Assembly (NCBI GenBank): GCA_030390025.1
Contig: JASTWF010001532.1
Coordinates: 1-64,000, forward strand
Source of the DNA: Squalus acanthias
Lineage: Eukaryota
Direction of reading: 5' to 3'
DNA length: 64,000 nucleotides
Shown piece after piece: positions 61,201 through 64,000 of this stretch. The position numbers and the translations under genes are program-made. The notes below the pieces were generated by a model. The model worked only from the letters and a program-made list of their open reading frames with translations, made no database searches and had not been told where the DNA came from. Every line of letters starts with the position of its first letter. Within the stretch, counting starts at the first letter, position 1.

Positions 61201-62162
61201 GGGGGGTGAGGGGAGTCCCACAGTTTGGGGGGTGAGGAGTCCCCACAGTTTGCGGAGTGAGGAGTCCCACAGTTTGGGGGGTGAGGAGTCCCCACAGTTT
61301 TGGGGGGTGAGGAGTCCCCACAGTTTGGGGGGTGAGGAGTCCCACAGTTTGGGGGGTGAGGAGTCCCACAGTTTGGGGGGTGAGGAGTCCCACAGTTTGG
61401 GGGGTGAGGCGTCCCACAGATTGGGGGGTGAGGAGTCCCACAGTTTGGGGGGTGAGGAGTCCCACAGTTTGGGGAGGTGAGGAGTCCCCACAGTTTGGGG
61501 GGGTGAGGAGTCCCCACAGTTTTGGGGGGTGAGGAGTCCCCACAGTTTTGGGGGGTGAGGAGTCCCCACAGTTTGGGGGTTTGAGGAGTCCCCACAGTTT
61601 GGGGGTGAGGAGTCGCCACAGTTTGGGGGGTGAGGTGTCCCCACAGTTTGGGGGGGGTGAGGAGTCCCACAGTTTGGGGGGGTGAGGAGTCCCCACAGTT
61701 TGGGGGGTGAGGAGTCCCCACAGTTTTGGGGGGTGAGGAGTCTCACAGTTTGGGGGGTGAGGAGTCCCCACAGTTTGGGGGGTGAGGAGTCCCCACAGTT
61801 TGGGGGGTGAGGAGTCCCCACAGTTTGGGGGTTTGAGGAGTCCCCACAGTTTGAGGGTGAGGAGTCGCCACAGTTTGGGGGGTGAGGTGTCCCCACAGTT
61901 TGGGGGGGTGAGGAGTCCCACAGTTTGGGGGGGTGAGGAGTCCCCACAGTTTGGGGGGTGAGGAGTCCCCACAGTTTTGGGGGGTGAGGAGTCTCACAGT
62001 TTGGGGGGTGAGGAGTCCCCACAGTTTGGGGGGTGAGGAGTCCCCACAGTTTGGGGGGTGAGGAGTCCCCACAGTTTGGGGGGTGAGGAGTCCTACACAG
62101 TTTTGGGAGTGGGGTGAGGAGTCCAACACAGTTTGGGGGGTGAGGAGTCCCCACACTTTGGG
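58273..62162. repeat. 24-25-bp minisatellite (~160 copies) in the putative SCNN1A 3' UTR
   Basis: Unit ggggggtgaggagtccc(c)acagttt. Confidence 0.95.
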
Positions 62163-62187
62163 GTTAACCTCCAGATGGCGTCCCTGA

Positions 62188-62595
62188 TCAGAGGGAGGTT
62201 CCTGACTCCTCTCGTGTCGGTAAGTCAGACGCATGTCCCCTCCCCCACCCGGGGCAGCCCCTCCCCCCCAGCTCAGGCCCCGCCCCCTCCAACGACTCGT
62301 AGGCGGGGGGCGGGCTGATGTCGGCCAAGGTGTCGAAGGCGCCCAGGTGAAGGGTGGGGTCCCGGTGGGGGTGGGGGAGGGTCGAGGGGGGGCAGGGCGA
62401 GGCGGGGCTGCCATGGGCCGATGAAATGGGGAGGATGGACAGCGCCAGCAGCCGGGAGCGGAGCACGCCCAGGCCCAAGATGGTGGTCAGCGCCACAAAG
62501 TCCAGCAGCACCTCCAAGATCTCGGCGACCGAGAGGACCGAGGATCCGAACCATAAACTCCACTGGCTCCCCAGGTTGGAGAGCATCACCACCAT
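62188..62595 (-). CDS. SCNN1A: Epithelial sodium channel (ENaC) alpha subunit, last coding exon; upstream exons lie beyond the window
   Basis: Acceptor cttcctccctccacag|; MVVMLSNLGSQWSLWFGSSVLSVAEILE is the alpha-type TM2 with the GSS filter; C-terminal Nedd4-2 PY motif PPPAYESL; open to the stop. Confidence 0.9.
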   Translation of the reverse strand: MVVMLSNLGSQWSLWFGSSVLSVAEILEVLLDFVALTTILGLGVLRSRLLALSILPISSAHGSPASPCPPSTLPHPHRDPTLHLGAFDTLADISPPPAYESLEGAGPELGGRGCPGWGRGHASDLPTREESGTSL

Positions 62596-62724
62596 CTGTG
62601 GAGGGAGGAAGAAGAAGACGGTCAAGGTTTTTTTCCCCTCTCACTGGTTTGCTCCGACCCCCTCCCCCAATTTCCTTCCCTCCCCCAATCGCCCCCCCCC
62701 CTCTAACCACCTTGGACGCTCCGT

Positions 62725-62900
62725 AACCATCAACTCATCTAAAAATCCTGCTGCCCCATATCCTAACTCGCACCAAGTCCCGTTCACCCATCACCCCCTG
62801 TGCTCGCTGACCGACATTGGCTCCCCTCAATTTTAAAAGTCCCGTCCTTGTTTTCAAATCCCCACACGACCTCTCGCGCCCCCTCCTTATCTCTGTAACC
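62725..62900 (+). mobile_element. L2-clade LINE fragment
   Basis: Degenerate ILTRTKSRSPITPVLAD.HWLP, typical of the L2 ORF2 C-terminus. Confidence 0.7.
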
Positions 62901-64000
62901 TCCTCCAGCCCCTACAACCCTCCCTATCTCTGTAACCTCCTCCAGCCCCTACAACACTCCCTATCTCTGTAACCTCCTCCAGCCCCTACAACCCTCCCTA
63001 TCTCTGTAACCTCCTCCAGCCCCCGACAACCCTCCCTATCTCTGTAACCTCCTCCAGCCCCTACAACCCTCCCTATCTCTGTAACCTCCTCCAGCCCCTA
63101 CAACACTCCCTATCTCTGTAACCTCCTCCAGCCCCGACAACCCTCCCTATCTCTGTAACCTCCTCCAGCCCCCGACAACCCTCCCTATCTCTGTAACCTC
63201 CTCCAGCCCCTACAACACTCCCTATCTCTGTAACCTCCTCCAGCCCCTACAACATTCCCTATCTCTGTAACCTCCTCCAGCCCCTACAATCCTCCCTATC
63301 TCTGTAACCTCCTCCAGCCCCTACAACCCTCCCTATCTCTGTAACCTCCTCCAGCCCCTACAACACTCCCTATCTCTGTAACCTCCTCCAGCCCCTACAA
63401 CACTCCCTATCTCTGCAACCTCCGCCAGCCCCTACAACCCTCCCTATCTCTGTAACCTCCTCCAGCCCCTACAACCCTCCCTATCCTGTAACCTCCTCCA
63501 GCCCCATCAACCCTCCCTATCTCTGTGACCTCCTCCAGCCCCTACAACCCTCCCTATCTCTGTAATCTCCTCCAGCCCCTACAACCCTCCCTATCTCTGT
63601 GACCTCCTCCAGCCCCTACAACCCTCCCTATCTCTGTAACCTCCTCCAGCCCCTACAACCCTCCCTATCTCTGTAACCTCCTCCAGCCCCTACAACCCTC
63701 CCTATCTCTGTAACCTCCTACAGCCCCTACAACCCACCCTATCTCTGTAACCTCCTCCAGACCCTACAACCCTCCCTATCTCTGTAACCACCTCCAGTCC
63801 CTACAACCCTCCCTATCCCTGTAACCTCCTCCAGCCCCTACAACCCTCCCTATCTCTGTAACCTCCTCCAGCCCCTACAACCCTCCCTATCTCTGTAACA
63901 TCCTCCAGCCCCTACAACCCTCCCTATCTCTGTAACCTCCTCCAGTCCCTACAACCCTCCCTATCTCTGTAACCTCCTCCAGCCCCTACAACCCTCCCCT
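62880..64000. repeat. 37-bp minisatellite (30 or more copies) in the last SCNN1A intron
   Basis: Unit ctccctatctctgtaacctcctccagcccctacaacc, contiguous with the L2 fragment. Confidence 0.95.

Noticed and set aside
58244-62154. Very long ORFs (464-1146 aa) of SSPPKLWD/TPQTVG repeats
   Set aside because: All three minus frames are open because the 24-25-bp unit lacks stops; frames shift with unit length; the region lies downstream of the SCNN1A stop.

Overview
Vertebrate genomic DNA, very likely a cartilaginous fish, judged from shark-type CR1 LINEs, an HE1/V-SINE, Deu-domain SINEs and a 67-bp satellite. It is GC-rich and dominated by repeats. Two genes lie in tandem on the minus strand. (1) The last coding exon of the epithelial sodium channel alpha subunit (SCNN1A: TM2, GSS selectivity filter, PPPAY motif) at 62188-62595. 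(2) About 2 kb past its putative poly(A) site, a complete tapasin-related MHC class I peptide editor gene (TAPBPR; human symbol TAPBPL). I reconstructed it by hand as 8 coding exons with GT-AG junctions (55810 down to 13214, 459 aa). Almost every intron and both putative 3' UTRs carry a different minisatellite (24-67 bp units), including a ~19-kb 47-bp array with higher-order structure and a 200-N gap. The left end is a CpG-island-like promoter region: a 45-bp repeat with 10 phased CRE sites and CCAAT boxes, followed by tandem CTCF-like motifs. Intron 2 is a nested stack of Gypsy, MITE, CR1, RTE, LTR and SINE fragments. Most long ORFs in the track are repeat artefacts. Family assignments come from recalled motifs, not database searches.
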